A DNA stretch of 64,000 nt, from contig VJWM01000119.1 of NCBI GenBank assembly GCA_010909165.1, forward strand, positions 620,001 to 684,000, in the 5' to 3' direction. The translations under genes were made by a program, and so were the position numbers. Under the pieces are notes generated by a model, which had not been told where the DNA came from, searched no databases, and saw only the letters and a program-made list of their open reading frames with translations. Shown piece by piece: positions 10,754 through 21,665 of the stretch (its first letter is position 1; the number at the start of each line of letters is the position of its first letter). The DNA comes from Anthoceros angustus (Eukaryota > Plantae > Anthocerotophyta).

Positions 10754-13315
10754 ATGGCGTTGAGCACGGCGGGGCTTCTGGACCTCCAAGCGGGTGGTGG
10801 AATCTGGCACTGGAGGGGTGTGCCTCAGGATTCATGGCATGGGAGGGCAATGCATAGAGTGGTGAGGCATGGGGTTGGACACCGGGTGAGCAGTAGATGT
10901 CAAGGTCTGTTTCCTGCTGGTTCGAGAAGTTGGTTCCATAGTGTGGCCTCGGTGAGGCAGCAGGTTGTGAGAAGGAAGGGAGTAGTGAGGTGCGAGAGCG
11001 GTGATGGGGAAGGAGATAAAGGGAAAGTGGGCTCCTCGTCTACTGCCACGGAAGAGCCAGAAGTTGAACCATCCTTGCCAACTACACCGTCAGCTGCTCC
11101 TCCTCCGTCGAGCCAGGTACATCTTGCTTAGGTTTGGTTGTTTGGGAGGTTTGTTTGTTCCATTTCAGGGTGCTGATCTCCATGTTGTGCTGTTTCTGTG
11201 TCTGTGGTCTCCAGTCTGAAAACCAATCCGTGCCACATGCTTTCTCGTTGGTGGATCTCATTGGTCCAGAGAAGGTTGATCCAGATGATGTGAAAGTCCT
11301 GAAAGAGAAAGTCTTTGGGTACACAACGTTCTGGGTCACCGGACAGGAGGCGTTTGGTGATTCAGGGGAAGGTGTGCTGCTTCTTGGGAATCTCCGAGGC
11401 AAGAGAGAAGATGTCTTTGCCAAGCTACAGCGTAGCTTACAGGAAGTGATGGGTAATAAGTATGACATGTTTATGGTGGAGGAGCCGAATGCAGAGGAGG
11501 AAGATCCAAGAGGGGGTCCACGTGTCAGTTTTGTTTTATTAAGAAAAGAGGTTTCCGATCCTGGGCCTACAGCGTTGTGGCAATATGTTATTGCTTCTTT
11601 GCTGTTTATTCTCACTGGGTTGTCATGTCTGGAGCTTGGAATCGCTTCTCAGGTACTTACTTCCTTTGCTCTGCTGTGTGGCTTCTGAAGCGGGGCGCCA
11701 ACTGTTCTGCTTGGTCTGCAAAAAGTTTATGAAGACTTACTGTGAAATCTTCACATATACTGATGTGCCTCTTCTCCAGTTGTCGAGGTTGCCGCCAGAG
11801 TTGGTTCGGTACTTCACGAATCCAGAAGCGGTTGATCCTCCCGATATATCCTTACTGGTGCCCTTTGTTGATTCTGCATTGCCCCTTGCTTATGGCGTAT
11901 TTGGGATACAGTTGTTCCATGTAAGGAATTTGTTTCCTCATCCTTTGTAAACAATTTCCGTGGATCTCAGTAAGTTGTTAGTGTAATGCAGTTCCTACAA
12001 AGAACTGAATTTCTGCGTTTGTATCAGGAACTGGGGCATAGACTGGCGGCTGCCCCCCTGAAGGTGAAGATGGGTATTCCGTTCCTGATACCAAATATAA
12101 CTCTAGGGAGTTTCGGAGCTGTCACCCAGGTATTATCACTGTCTCAACGTTTCTTTCGTTCTTTATGCACAGGCACTCATTGCATCGGTGGCTTGTGAGA
12201 CTTGCGTTCTTACACTCTGAGTGGCTGTGTGTCAAACACTGCAGTTTAAGTCAATCTGCCCTGATCGAACGGCAAAGTTCGACATTTCCGTGGCAGGGCC
12301 ATTAGCAGGAGGACTGCTTTCCGCAGGCATGCTTCTCACAGGTCTCGTTCTCTCTGGACAACCAGAATCAACACCTGAGCTCATACAGGTCCCTAGCCAG
12401 CTGTTCCAGGGATCATTGCTCCTTGGATCCGTGAGCAGGGCTATACTTGGCTACAAGTAAGCTTAGATGCAATTGCACTTTACAGAGATCTACATCAGTT
12501 ATTGAGTTGGTATCAATATGGATTTTCTGCCGTTTTCCTGTGCAGTGCCTTGCATGCGGCTACAGTCGGAATACACCCACTTGTAATTGCCGGTTGGTAA
12601 GTTGCCATTCACTGTGCTCATCTGCACTGGCTAGGATTTCGAAGGCGATGGGCACATGTTTCAGTTCGTTAACCGTTCGTTGTTAGAGTGCAGGTGTGGT
12701 CTGACTACCACAGCTTTCAATTTTCTTCCAGTGGGCTGCCTTGATGGAGGTCGAGCTATGCAGGTATGGTCAATCGAGGAAGGCTCCATCCGTGACGTTT
12801 ATTTTGACGGAACCTTCCCCCATTTTGTTGATGTCATATCTTATGCGAGCTCGCTCTGAACATGCAGGCCGCCTTTGGGAAAGTTGCCTTGAACATCTTC
12901 GGCCTATTGACATACCTGTTTCTTGGACTGGGTGTGGTAAGCATCCTGCAGATCCCAACCCCTAGTAGCTCAGAGCACTCTATGGTTGCACCACCTGAAC
13001 GCAATCTTTCTGATGCTTTTGCAGCTCGGAGGCCCGCTCTCTTTACCCTGGGGACTGTACATTCTGATCGTTCAGGTGCGTGTAGCTCGTGACATCGTTC
13101 TTGCTTGGACCACCCCTACCTAAAATCACTCATTCTTAAGTATTGTCGTGCAGCGAGCCCCAGAGCGGCCATCTCTGAACGATGTCACGGAAGTGGGTTC
13201 CTGGAGGCAAGCAGCCCTGGCTGTTGCTCTGCTCTTGGTTATTACAACCCTAGTGCCTCTTTGGGATGGCCTTGCAGAGGATCTGGGCATCGGACTTGGA
13301 GCACCGCTTTTGTAA
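10754..13315 (+). CDS. EGY1: Chloroplast M50-family zinc metalloprotease EGY1-like, 10 exons (10754-11116, 11215-11652, 11780-11920, 12028-12129, 12245-12456, 12546-12596, 12694-12763, 12868-12936, 13025-13075, 13154-13315)
   Basis: The GT-AG exon chain joins in frame. It gives a transit-peptide-like N-terminus, KEKVFGYTTFWVT, the GNLRG motif, HExxH (H|ELGH across intron 3), AGPLAG, NFLPVGCLDGG (NxxPxxxxDG) and a TAA at 13313-13315. Confidence 0.93.
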
Positions 13316-13901
13316 AGACTACTCCTAATGAGGAGTGTTCTTACTCAACTGTCACCACCTGCCGAGTGCTCACAAGTGACTCGAGGGAAAGTTTGGAGCT
13401 ATGTCCATCTTAAAGACGGGAAGGAAATGTAGATCCAGGCCTGGGGTCATCCAAGCTGTAAACCTGGATTCCCTTCCTTTGCTAAAATCAAAGCCTCCGG
13501 TGAAGCATTCGGATCTACTTCTACGGATACATTCCGTTTAACCTTTGGTGCCTGCCTAAGACATGTCGCGCCCTTGGATGCTCCCTAAAATTCACCGTCC
13601 CAATCTGTCCCTCCGACCTCTTGAGTACCGTGGCCGCGCACTTGTGTACACCACCGCAGGTATCGGAGCTTTCATTTCGTGGTATTTCATGTTCCTCTTG
13701 GCTCTATCTTATTCGACCGATCTTATTTGTCCAATAAGATAGAGCCACAGAAACATCAAGAAAATTGGACAGAGTTTAAGGCGAGGTGACACATTGTTAG
13801 CACTGTACAGGACCCACCTATTCGGACCGCCTGCTGATTCTGCCCCGCAACCCACATCCACATTTCACCTGCTGAGCAGTGCACTGGCTGGTTCTTCATC
13901 G

Positions 13902-16508
13902 TCACGGTCGACCTTTACAACTGCAAGAACCAGCTGCAAATCGATGCACACGATACCCATCCCTTACAACAATGTCCCTCTGTTCAACCCTTGACATGAT
14001 CTCCGTGGAACTGTGGCAGTCATTGCACATTCGTAGATTCTTCGTTACCACCAGAGGTGTGCCACTTGGAGTGTTCAAGAGACCAAACGCCAAAGCTAGC
14101 TTCTCAGCATGTCCGCAAAGCACATCTTCCTTTTCCTTCTCAGACAGTGGCTTCAACACCAACTTTGTGTGTGGTACATGGCCCCCTTCCTGCATCAGCC
14201 GTGCATTTACGTCCTCTACCTTGAGCGCAATATCATGTCTGTTTTCTCCTACCACAAATGTATGTACCTGCCTCTTCACCTCAATGCCCGCCACTGCAGG
14301 TTTCTTATTAGCTCCTGCTACCATTCTCTGTGTTTCAATCCTGTCTACATCGGTCCACCTACCTGCATCTGCATAAGCATTGGCCATGAGCACATATGCA
14401 GATGCACACTGAGGCTCCAGTCTAACCAGACTTTCAAAACACCATATCGCCCTCTCTACATCCCCGTGCCTTTTGCATGCATTCAGCAAAGACGTCAACC
14501 CCACAACATTGCTTTTGCTCTCACTTGATAACAGCATGTCCTCTGCCTCATCTAAATGGCCTGCACGCCCAAGAAGATCAATCATGCCATTGTAATGTTC
14601 AATACCAGGTTTGATGCCATGCTGTTCAACCATGGAATCAAAGAGGTTGCGGCCCTCATTCACCAGTCCCTCGTGACTGCATGCTGCTAAAAGGCAAGTA
14701 AAAGTAGTATCATCAGGCTCAACACCAGTGGCTACCATTTCCTCGAAATAGGCCAGTGCATTGTACCCTTCATCACAAGTACCACAACCAGCTATCAAGG
14801 CATTCCATGTCACCACATTTTTCGTGCTCAAGCTGTCAAAAACCGTGCGAGCAGCTTCCAGTTCGCCACATTTTGCATACATGTCCACCAGGCAGTTACC
14901 CAACACAATATTATCTAACAGTCCCCTTCTGACGATCTGCGAGTGCAGCTGTCTGCCCATCTGTAAGGCACCAGCGCTTGCACAGGCCTTCAAAAGGCAA
15001 GCAAAAGTAACCTCGTCAGCCACAATTAGGCAGTCCTGCTGCATTTGCCCATACAGAACAAGTGCCTCCTGGCCGAGCCCTTGCTTTGCGTACCCGGCAA
15101 TCAGGGCCGTCCATGTCACCACGTTTTTTGTGGCCAAACTGTCAAAAACCCGGCGTGCATCTTCCAGTTCGCCACACTTTGCATACATGTCCACCAGGGA
15201 AGTGCCCACAAGTACGTTATGTATCTGTCTTCTTCCCACAATCTCTGCATGGAGGTGCCTGCCTTTCTGTACAGCACCAGCGCTTGCACAGGCCTTCAGC
15301 AGGCAGGCGAAAGTTACATGGTTACAAACAATCAAGCCCTCCTGCTCCATTTGTTCGTACAGAACAAGAGCCTCATGGCCGAGCCCATGATCAGCATACC
15401 CACCAATCAGGGCTGTCCATGTCACCACATCCTTCGTGACCAAGCTGTCAAAAATCCTGCGTGCATGTTCCAGTTCGCCACATTTTGCATACATGTCCAC
15501 CAGGCAGTTGCCAACAAACAGGTTTATAGGGATGCCACTGTGCAACACATCAAGGTGCACTTTTCTGCCAGATTCCAGGTCCGCAGCACATGCACAAGCT
15601 TGAAGGGCTGCTACAAAGACGTGACAGTCCGCCTTCACACCTGAGCTACGCATCTCATGGTACAGTTGTATCGCCTCATCAGGTTTCCCATGTTTGGCAT
15701 GTGCGGAGATAATGGAGCACCACATGAAGGCATCTGGTTTGCCCACCCTGGTGAACACATCCATGGCCTCCTGGAGCCTACCTCCATGTGCATACATGCG
15801 CAAGATATGGTTTCCCAGGTACGTATTTGACTCGTACCCAAGTTTGACAGTGAGATCATGGACTCGTCGGCCCAAAACCAGATTCTCCTCAGCTGCACAC
15901 AATTTGAGCACAGCATAAATCAGAGACTGAGAAATAGGACAGTCTGTATGCGCCAGAGATTCCAGGGCTCCAACGGCCTCTGTGAGCTTCTCCTGCTGAC
16001 ATAACCTGCTCACGGTCACCGCCGTTACGCCGCCCATTTCCAATCCTGCAAGCCCGCCAGGCCCAGGCTTATCAGGAGAGATGGACTTGGAAGGAGAGGC
16101 ACCATGACCCATCCGCACATCCAAAGAAACGAGCTGCTCATCCACCCAATCTGGCTTGAACATGCTGTTTAACCAGAGGACCTCGTGGGACCCCTTGCGC
16201 CGGAAGTCAGGGGAACCTGAGCTCTTCTTACCTCGCCTGTTATCCCACCACATGGCAGGCTCCAGGAAAAAGTGCCGCCACAAGATCTCCTGCTCCTGGC
16301 CACCACCATTGCTGGAAAGGTCTTCCCCAGCCATCCATTTGCTCGGAAGTGCCGGGTTCCTTACACTGCTGCACCTGAGGGCTTGGTTGTTTGCCGGCGG
16401 TTGACTACATGAAGTGAGGTGAGCAGGAGCAGGAGCTCCTGGTAGATTCCCACTCAACCCACAAATTTGTTGGGTCCAAAACCGATCCGGTTGCCATACA
16501 GGGGCCAT
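13902..16508 (-). CDS. PPR editing factor #1: transit peptide - PDF motif - PLS PPR array (3 MYAKCG S motifs) - E1 - E2 - DYW:KP (GRP)
   Basis: Intronless ORF with 102-aa P-L-S triplets, KKPAVAGIEV, LCGHAEKLALAFG, KNLRMCNDCH and the C-terminus CSCKGRP. ATG at 16508 (MAPVWQ) aligns with the paralogs. Confidence 0.95.
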   Translation of the reverse strand: MAPVWQPDRFWTQQICGLSGNLPGAPAPAHLTSCSQPPANNQALRCSSVRNPALPSKWMAGEDLSSNGGGQEQEILWRHFFLEPAMWWDNRRGKKSSGSPDFRRKGSHEVLWLNSMFKPDWVDEQLVSLDVRMGHGASPSKSISPDKPGPGGLAGLEMGGVTAVTVSRLCQQEKLTEAVGALESLAHTDCPISQSLIYAVLKLCAAEENLVLGRRVHDLTVKLGYESNTYLGNHILRMYAHGGRLQEAMDVFTRVGKPDAFMWCSIISAHAKHGKPDEAIQLYHEMRSSGVKADCHVFVAALQACACAADLESGRKVHLDVLHSGIPINLFVGNCLVDMYAKCGELEHARRIFDSLVTKDVVTWTALIGGYADHGLGHEALVLYEQMEQEGLIVCNHVTFACLLKACASAGAVQKGRHLHAEIVGRRQIHNVLVGTSLVDMYAKCGELEDARRVFDSLATKNVVTWTALIAGYAKQGLGQEALVLYGQMQQDCLIVADEVTFACLLKACASAGALQMGRQLHSQIVRRGLLDNIVLGNCLVDMYAKCGELEAARTVFDSLSTKNVVTWNALIAGCGTCDEGYNALAYFEEMVATGVEPDDTTFTCLLAACSHEGLVNEGRNLFDSMVEQHGIKPGIEHYNGMIDLLGRAGHLDEAEDMLLSSESKSNVVGLTSLLNACKRHGDVERAIWCFESLVRLEPQCASAYVLMANAYADAGRWTDVDRIETQRMVAGANKKPAVAGIEVKRQVHTFVVGENRHDIALKVEDVNARLMQEGGHVPHTKLVLKPLSEKEKEDVLCGHAEKLALAFGLLNTPSGTPLVVTKNLRMCNDCHSSTEIMSRVEQRDIVVRDGYRVHRFAAGSCSCKGRP

Positions 16509-18121
16509 CTTGCAGGCACAGCTTTCGGAAAATGAGACGCACAGCAAACCATGTAGGCTGTGGCAGGATGCCTAGGTACTGTGCATAAAAGCACAAGCCT
16601 TAGCGAGCCTTGTGCCGACTTCAGCCAAAGGCACCACAACAAAAATGTTAGACTGCGTGACCCCTGGTTGAGACAGGTTTGCCATCCTTGCCCTGCTTTC
16701 CTCTGTGCTGCGGACTCTTACAGCAGAAGATTTATGAAGTGTCTGGATAGCGCCCTGGGCTGTCATTGGCTTGTTGATCACATCGGGGCGACATGGCAAG
16801 AGTAGCATTGTAGCAGGCCATACATCGGCTGCCGTACTTCACAATCACTTTCTTGTAATCTGTCTGCTGGCTGGTTGGACGCCTGGACATTCCTTTAGCA
16901 GCCGCGGTACCCAGTCATTCACTGCATCCAGCGACAACGTCGGGCTTGCCGATATCCACCAGTGAATAGCTATAGCGAAGGCAAAAACTAGTCGAGGATA
17001 CGCTCGGGCAATACTGCTCCCTCCAACTTAGAGTTTTGCCCAACAAGCCCTGTGCTTCCGCTTGCACACGGCGATGGGAGTTCCCACCAGCAGCGTTTTA
17101 CAATGAGCTCGTTTGCCTAAGCATGTTGTTACGGTGCTAAGCCACATTGTGGCAGCGTACACCACGATGACGTCGGACTTGCCTCGGGATTGTCCCTTCC
17201 ACATTCAGATCTACAGAATAGTGCGACAAAAGCGCTTCTTCTCTCCACAGAGAAAGAAGGCCATGAAGTCTAGATGGACCACATACGAACAATTGCTGCC
17301 TCATTGTCACAGGAACTTACAGAATGTTTGAACCAAGAGTGATGGATTCTTGAGGATCATTATGGAATTTGGGCCCAGCAGGATTGCTCGGATCACCATC
17401 TCAAGACCGTGACAACCGTGGGAGACAACTTGCGATAGGCTTAAACAAGAACCCCCACACGGTAGACAAATGGCCCCCATCATCACCAGTCTAGTCTGGA
17501 ATCCCAGTGCGCCTGCTGCTCCGGATCCCGAAATGGAACAGAAGGACGGGCGCCTCGTCTTCATATTTGCCTTGCAAATCCAAGCGCGTGACGGACGGCG
17601 ATGGTGGACTTGCATGCAAATGGAAACACCGGGCTTGTCGGGTTTTCTGGTTCGCGGTGGGAAGCACTGGGCTCATTAAGGTTTTCGGGTTCATGGCCGA
17701 GCTCGGAGTTGGAAGGTGCAGACAGTATTGCTCGAGTATTTATCGTCTGGTTCAGCAAGCGGTGGTGTATCTAGGTGGAGAGAGGGGCATGTGGCATGAC
17801 ATGCACATGAGGGGGGTGAGATGGGGCCCCCCAACCTGGCTTGATTTCTAAGCCTAGCCCTGCTCATGTGCATCGTCCAATTAGCGTCTCGGAAGCACAT
17901 CGACAGGGATTTTGTAAGCCATTCCGTCTGCAGCATGCTGTGATGCATGACCCAAAACAGGCTTGGTGTGACAGTACTCACGTTCAGGTTAGCGATCACA
18001 GGTAGTGCTCAGAGCGGAGAACATGTTGGCTCGCGCGATAGGCGGGCAACTCTCACGGTTGGGCTCATTTATAAGACGAGGTTGGAGGGCTCCACCTTCT
18101 TATAGCGGTGGGGCTGCGGAT

Positions 18122-18480
18122 AGAAGAAGAAGAATTTTATTTAAGCCCACTGAGGATGGATTTCCGTTATGGGACTTGGTACTTAACAACTTGTATCATG
18201 GTGTGCCTAAGCTACTTGCACCAAAGGCATCCACTCCCTTTAGGCACCCTATCTAAGTACTTGTACCATGGTGTGTTTAAGCTACTTACACTAAGGGCAT
18301 CCACTCCCTTTAGGCACCCCATCTAAGTATCGATCCAAGCTCAGGATGCTTAATCACGGCATTCTTATAAATGTGTGTCCATTTGGCCTAGGCCCCATCT
18401 AAGTACCGGTCCAAGCTCATGATGCTTAATCACAGCGTTCTTATAAATGTGTGTCCATTTGGCCTAGGCCATTTGGACGA
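18122..18480 (-). mobile_element. Short retroposed repeat, copy A (SINE-like or LINE 3' end; AATAAA + (TTC)n tail)
   Basis: Homologous to 40786-40910 and 45820-46031. Ends in cttaaataaaattcttcttcttct on the minus strand and contains internal local duplications. Confidence 0.65.
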
Positions 18481-18696
18481 TAGCTACGTTGGTATAAGAA
18501 CTTTGGTGTTTGGCACCCCATGCTCGGATCAGCACTGGGATGGGGTGCATGAGATCAAGTTATGAAAATCATTTATTTTGAGCTCAGTTAGCTACGTTGG
18601 TATAAGAACTTTGGTGTTTGGCACCCCATGCTCGGATCAGCACTGGGATGGGGTGCATGAGATCAAGTTATGAAAATCATTTATTTTGAGCTCAGT
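18481..18696. repeat. Perfect 108-bp tandem duplication
   Basis: tagctacgttggtataag...gagctcagt occurs at 18481 and at 18589. Confidence 0.9.
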
Positions 18697-18889
18697 TGGG
18701 GCGTCGAGGCATGTTGGCAGGCATATGGCATGTCCGTGCCCTAAACTCTCTCCGGGGATGCTTTATCCTAACCCTGTCTCTGAGACTGCTGTATGATCTG
18801 CGCGAGATTGGTGGAAGTTTGCGCACTCTACGTTTTAAAGCAAAGAAGTTGAACTTATAATGTAGTTTTATGTATTTGTATCAATGCGG

Positions 18890-19200
18890 AATATCCAAGT
18901 GCATTAGTGTAGTTCCTCTCTTCTCTCTCTTCCGCCCCTCCTCTCACGTCCAAACTTTGCTTTTTCAAGAAGGAGTTTTGTGTCAATCCCCCTCTGGTTT
19001 CCTGCCCTGCCACACTACCTTAGTTCTCCCCTCTCCTTCAAACTCCATACACTCATTAGCCAATTCCGTGTTAGCTCCCATCACCTTCGGATCGAAACTG
19101 ACCGCTGGCTCAAGCCCGCACCTCCTCAAGAAGAACGAATTTGCAAGCTCTGCTCCTTAGACCCTGAATCTAAATCGCATTGTGCCAATCCACGTTGTCT
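18890..19200 (+). mobile_element. Non-LTR retrotransposon (LINE) ORF2 C-terminal fragment
   Basis: PHYLS..LISQFRVSSHHLRIETDRW..P..EERICKLC..E...H, the C-terminal zinc-finger region typical of LINE ORF2. Confidence 0.8.
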
Positions 19201-19676
19201 TTGCTCCTTTTGCCGTTCATTCTTCACACACACTCCTAAAAAGAGAGGAAAATACCACAAAAGTATAAATCGGCTGGGACAATCGACGAATTGTGGACTC
19301 CACACCCATGGAGATGCACTACAATAAATGGCCCTCGTTTGTAGATGCGGCATGAAGCACTCGCCGGTTGGGACCATGGCAACGGTTAACCCTGGTTGGG
19401 TGGGCAAGTGTTAGGCAGGCCCCAATGTAGCATGTTCGGGTCCAAGCTTCGATATGAAGCGCTCGCAGGTTAGGGTAGATAGCATGGATAACCCGGGATG
19501 GGTAGGTGGTTGGCGGGCGCCCAAAATTGGCCGCATGGTGGCCTAGGAATGTCGAGTACACTAGCGAGGAATTTGGCCCAATTACACCAAACATTTTCCA
19601 CGTTACGTTAGAAACATGCTCCACAACTGAGAAGACTAGGATTGATCGCTGATCCTCCCCATCACGGACATGAGCC

Positions 19677-20030
19677 ACAACCAACAACAACAACAACAAC
19701 AACAACTTTATTTATGTCCGCTAAGGATGGAAGGACCATCATGGGATAGAGATAGTGAAGCATAAAAGAGGGAAAAAACCAAGTACACATACGCACGTCT
19801 GAACTAGAACTTAAGACAATAATTGTTTGAGATGAGAAAAAGGAGGAAAAACATGAAAAAAGGAGCCGAAACCTATAAGCAGTCCAACAAAGCCTGCCGA
19901 CGGACAAAAAGCTCAGAGAGATAGAGTCCAGAGAGCTTAGTAATGTGAAAAGAGAAGAATTTGCACAAGGAAAAATCAGTACACTCAAAAAGAAGAGTAT
20001 AATGAGCCCGAATATCAACATAGATGGGAC
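19677..20030 (-). mobile_element. LINE 3' UTR fragment ending in AATAAA + (GTT)n
   Basis: Homologous to 21121-21470, which lies directly downstream of a LINE ORF2 end. (CAA)n tail on the plus strand. Confidence 0.7.
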
Positions 20031-21120
20031 AACAAGGCTACTTATGGAAGGCTGGAAGCATGTGTGGTTATGGCTTCCCAAATTGCATATGACTTGCATG
20101 AGGCCTTTTCAAGATGTAATTTTTTCAAGGCTATATATGAATCTGCTTGTCTTTCACAGGCAAATGTATTGGTATTAATTTTGAGGGATTTGGAGCTACA
20201 GCGGTTGAGATAATGGCTGAAAGGTGTATGACCTTACTATTTCTTCCAGAGCATGTGGAGCTCACATGATATTTTGATTCTCTTAAATCTACATACCAAA
20301 ATGTCTTTCACTGCAAGAAAATCCAACGATGTGTCTTGTGAAAGATTCTGAGTTGTTTCCATGGACTGATTGCTGACGAGGGCAAGGTGCACCCCGAGAA
20401 GATAGGAATAGCGACGCAAGTTTAGGGAGTGGCTGAGATTGAAGGAAGCGCCGGAATAATGCCAAAGACGTTGAGCGGGAAGGACAGGAATAGTTTAGTC
20501 TGTTTTTGGCATGCAAGAGGAAATGGTAGCCCGACCCGTAGCCTTAAGAGTGGCCTTGAGAGCCAAGTAATATAGACTGGATTAGCTTAATATGTTTCAC
20601 TTGTGCTTGCGGGATTCCGAAAACTTTGCTGATGCGCTAAGGCTGAGTGTAGCAAATGGCAAGTCTGGTGCTCCTCCCTCTAACACCCAGTGGAGTCTGA
20701 GGGGTCATGAGTCTGATAGTCAAGAGCCTAGGTGACGGGACTCGCCGGGAGCGATGTGTGTGTGAGAGGAGGGGAACTAGGTGAGAAACTCCCCGTGAGA
20801 GTGCGCTCCTAAAAGCCCCAACATTGGGTATGGTTCAAGGAGAAAAGGCTGCAAAGGAGGTGTGGCAAGTACTGGGGCGCTAGTAGGTGAAGGTGAAGTT
20901 CTAACTCTGGGCAGCACGTAAAACGTTTGTGTGTTTAGATTCTGAGATTAGCGAGGGACAGTATCCGAGTTGATAGTTGTGTAAGGTTCATGGCGCTGAG
21001 CTGGGGTGTGGCTGTCCATTCCGTAAAAGAAATTTTAATATCATGACGTGTTCACATTATTTTGAATAAATAGAGCTAGGGGAACTTGAATGTTGTCAGC
21101 CTTCGGCTTCAAAGCCTCGC

Positions 21121-21665
21121 ACAATAACAACAACTGTATTTATGTGCACTAAGGAAGGAAGGACCATCATGGGACAAAGATAGTATAGCATAAAAAGAGA
21201 TGAAACACTGTGTACACGTATATACATCTGAACTAGAGAGACAGAGACTGTTTGAGATGAGAAAAAAAGAAGGGAAAGCTATAAGAAGAAAAAAAAAGGC
21301 AAAACTCTATAAAGAGTCTAATTGGGTCTGCCGATAATCAAAAAGCTCATAGAGACATAGCCCTATGAACTTAAGTCTATGAAAGGAGAAATCTACACAA
21401 GAAAAAACCAGCACACTAAAAAGAAGAGTGTAACAAGCCCGAGCAAGAGTATAGGGAAAGTAATAGAAGAGGAAGTGCAATTCAGATCAGTGTCGAGGGA
21501 GCAGAGCTTGCAAACATGAGCAACTTGAGGATGTGCGGTCTTAAACCAGCGGTCGATCTCGATTCGGAGGTGGTGGGAGCTAACACGGAATTGACCAATG
21601 AGTGTGCTGAGCTTGAAGGAGAAAGGAGAATTGAGGTAACGTGGTAGGGCAGGGAAACCCCACTC
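21121..21665 (-). mobile_element. LINE 3' portion: ORF2 C-terminus + 3' UTR + (GTT)n tail
   Basis: PRYLNSPFSFKLSTLIGQFRVSSHHLRIEIDRW...CKLC at 21480-21660, then a UTR and a short-repeat tail. Confidence 0.75.
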
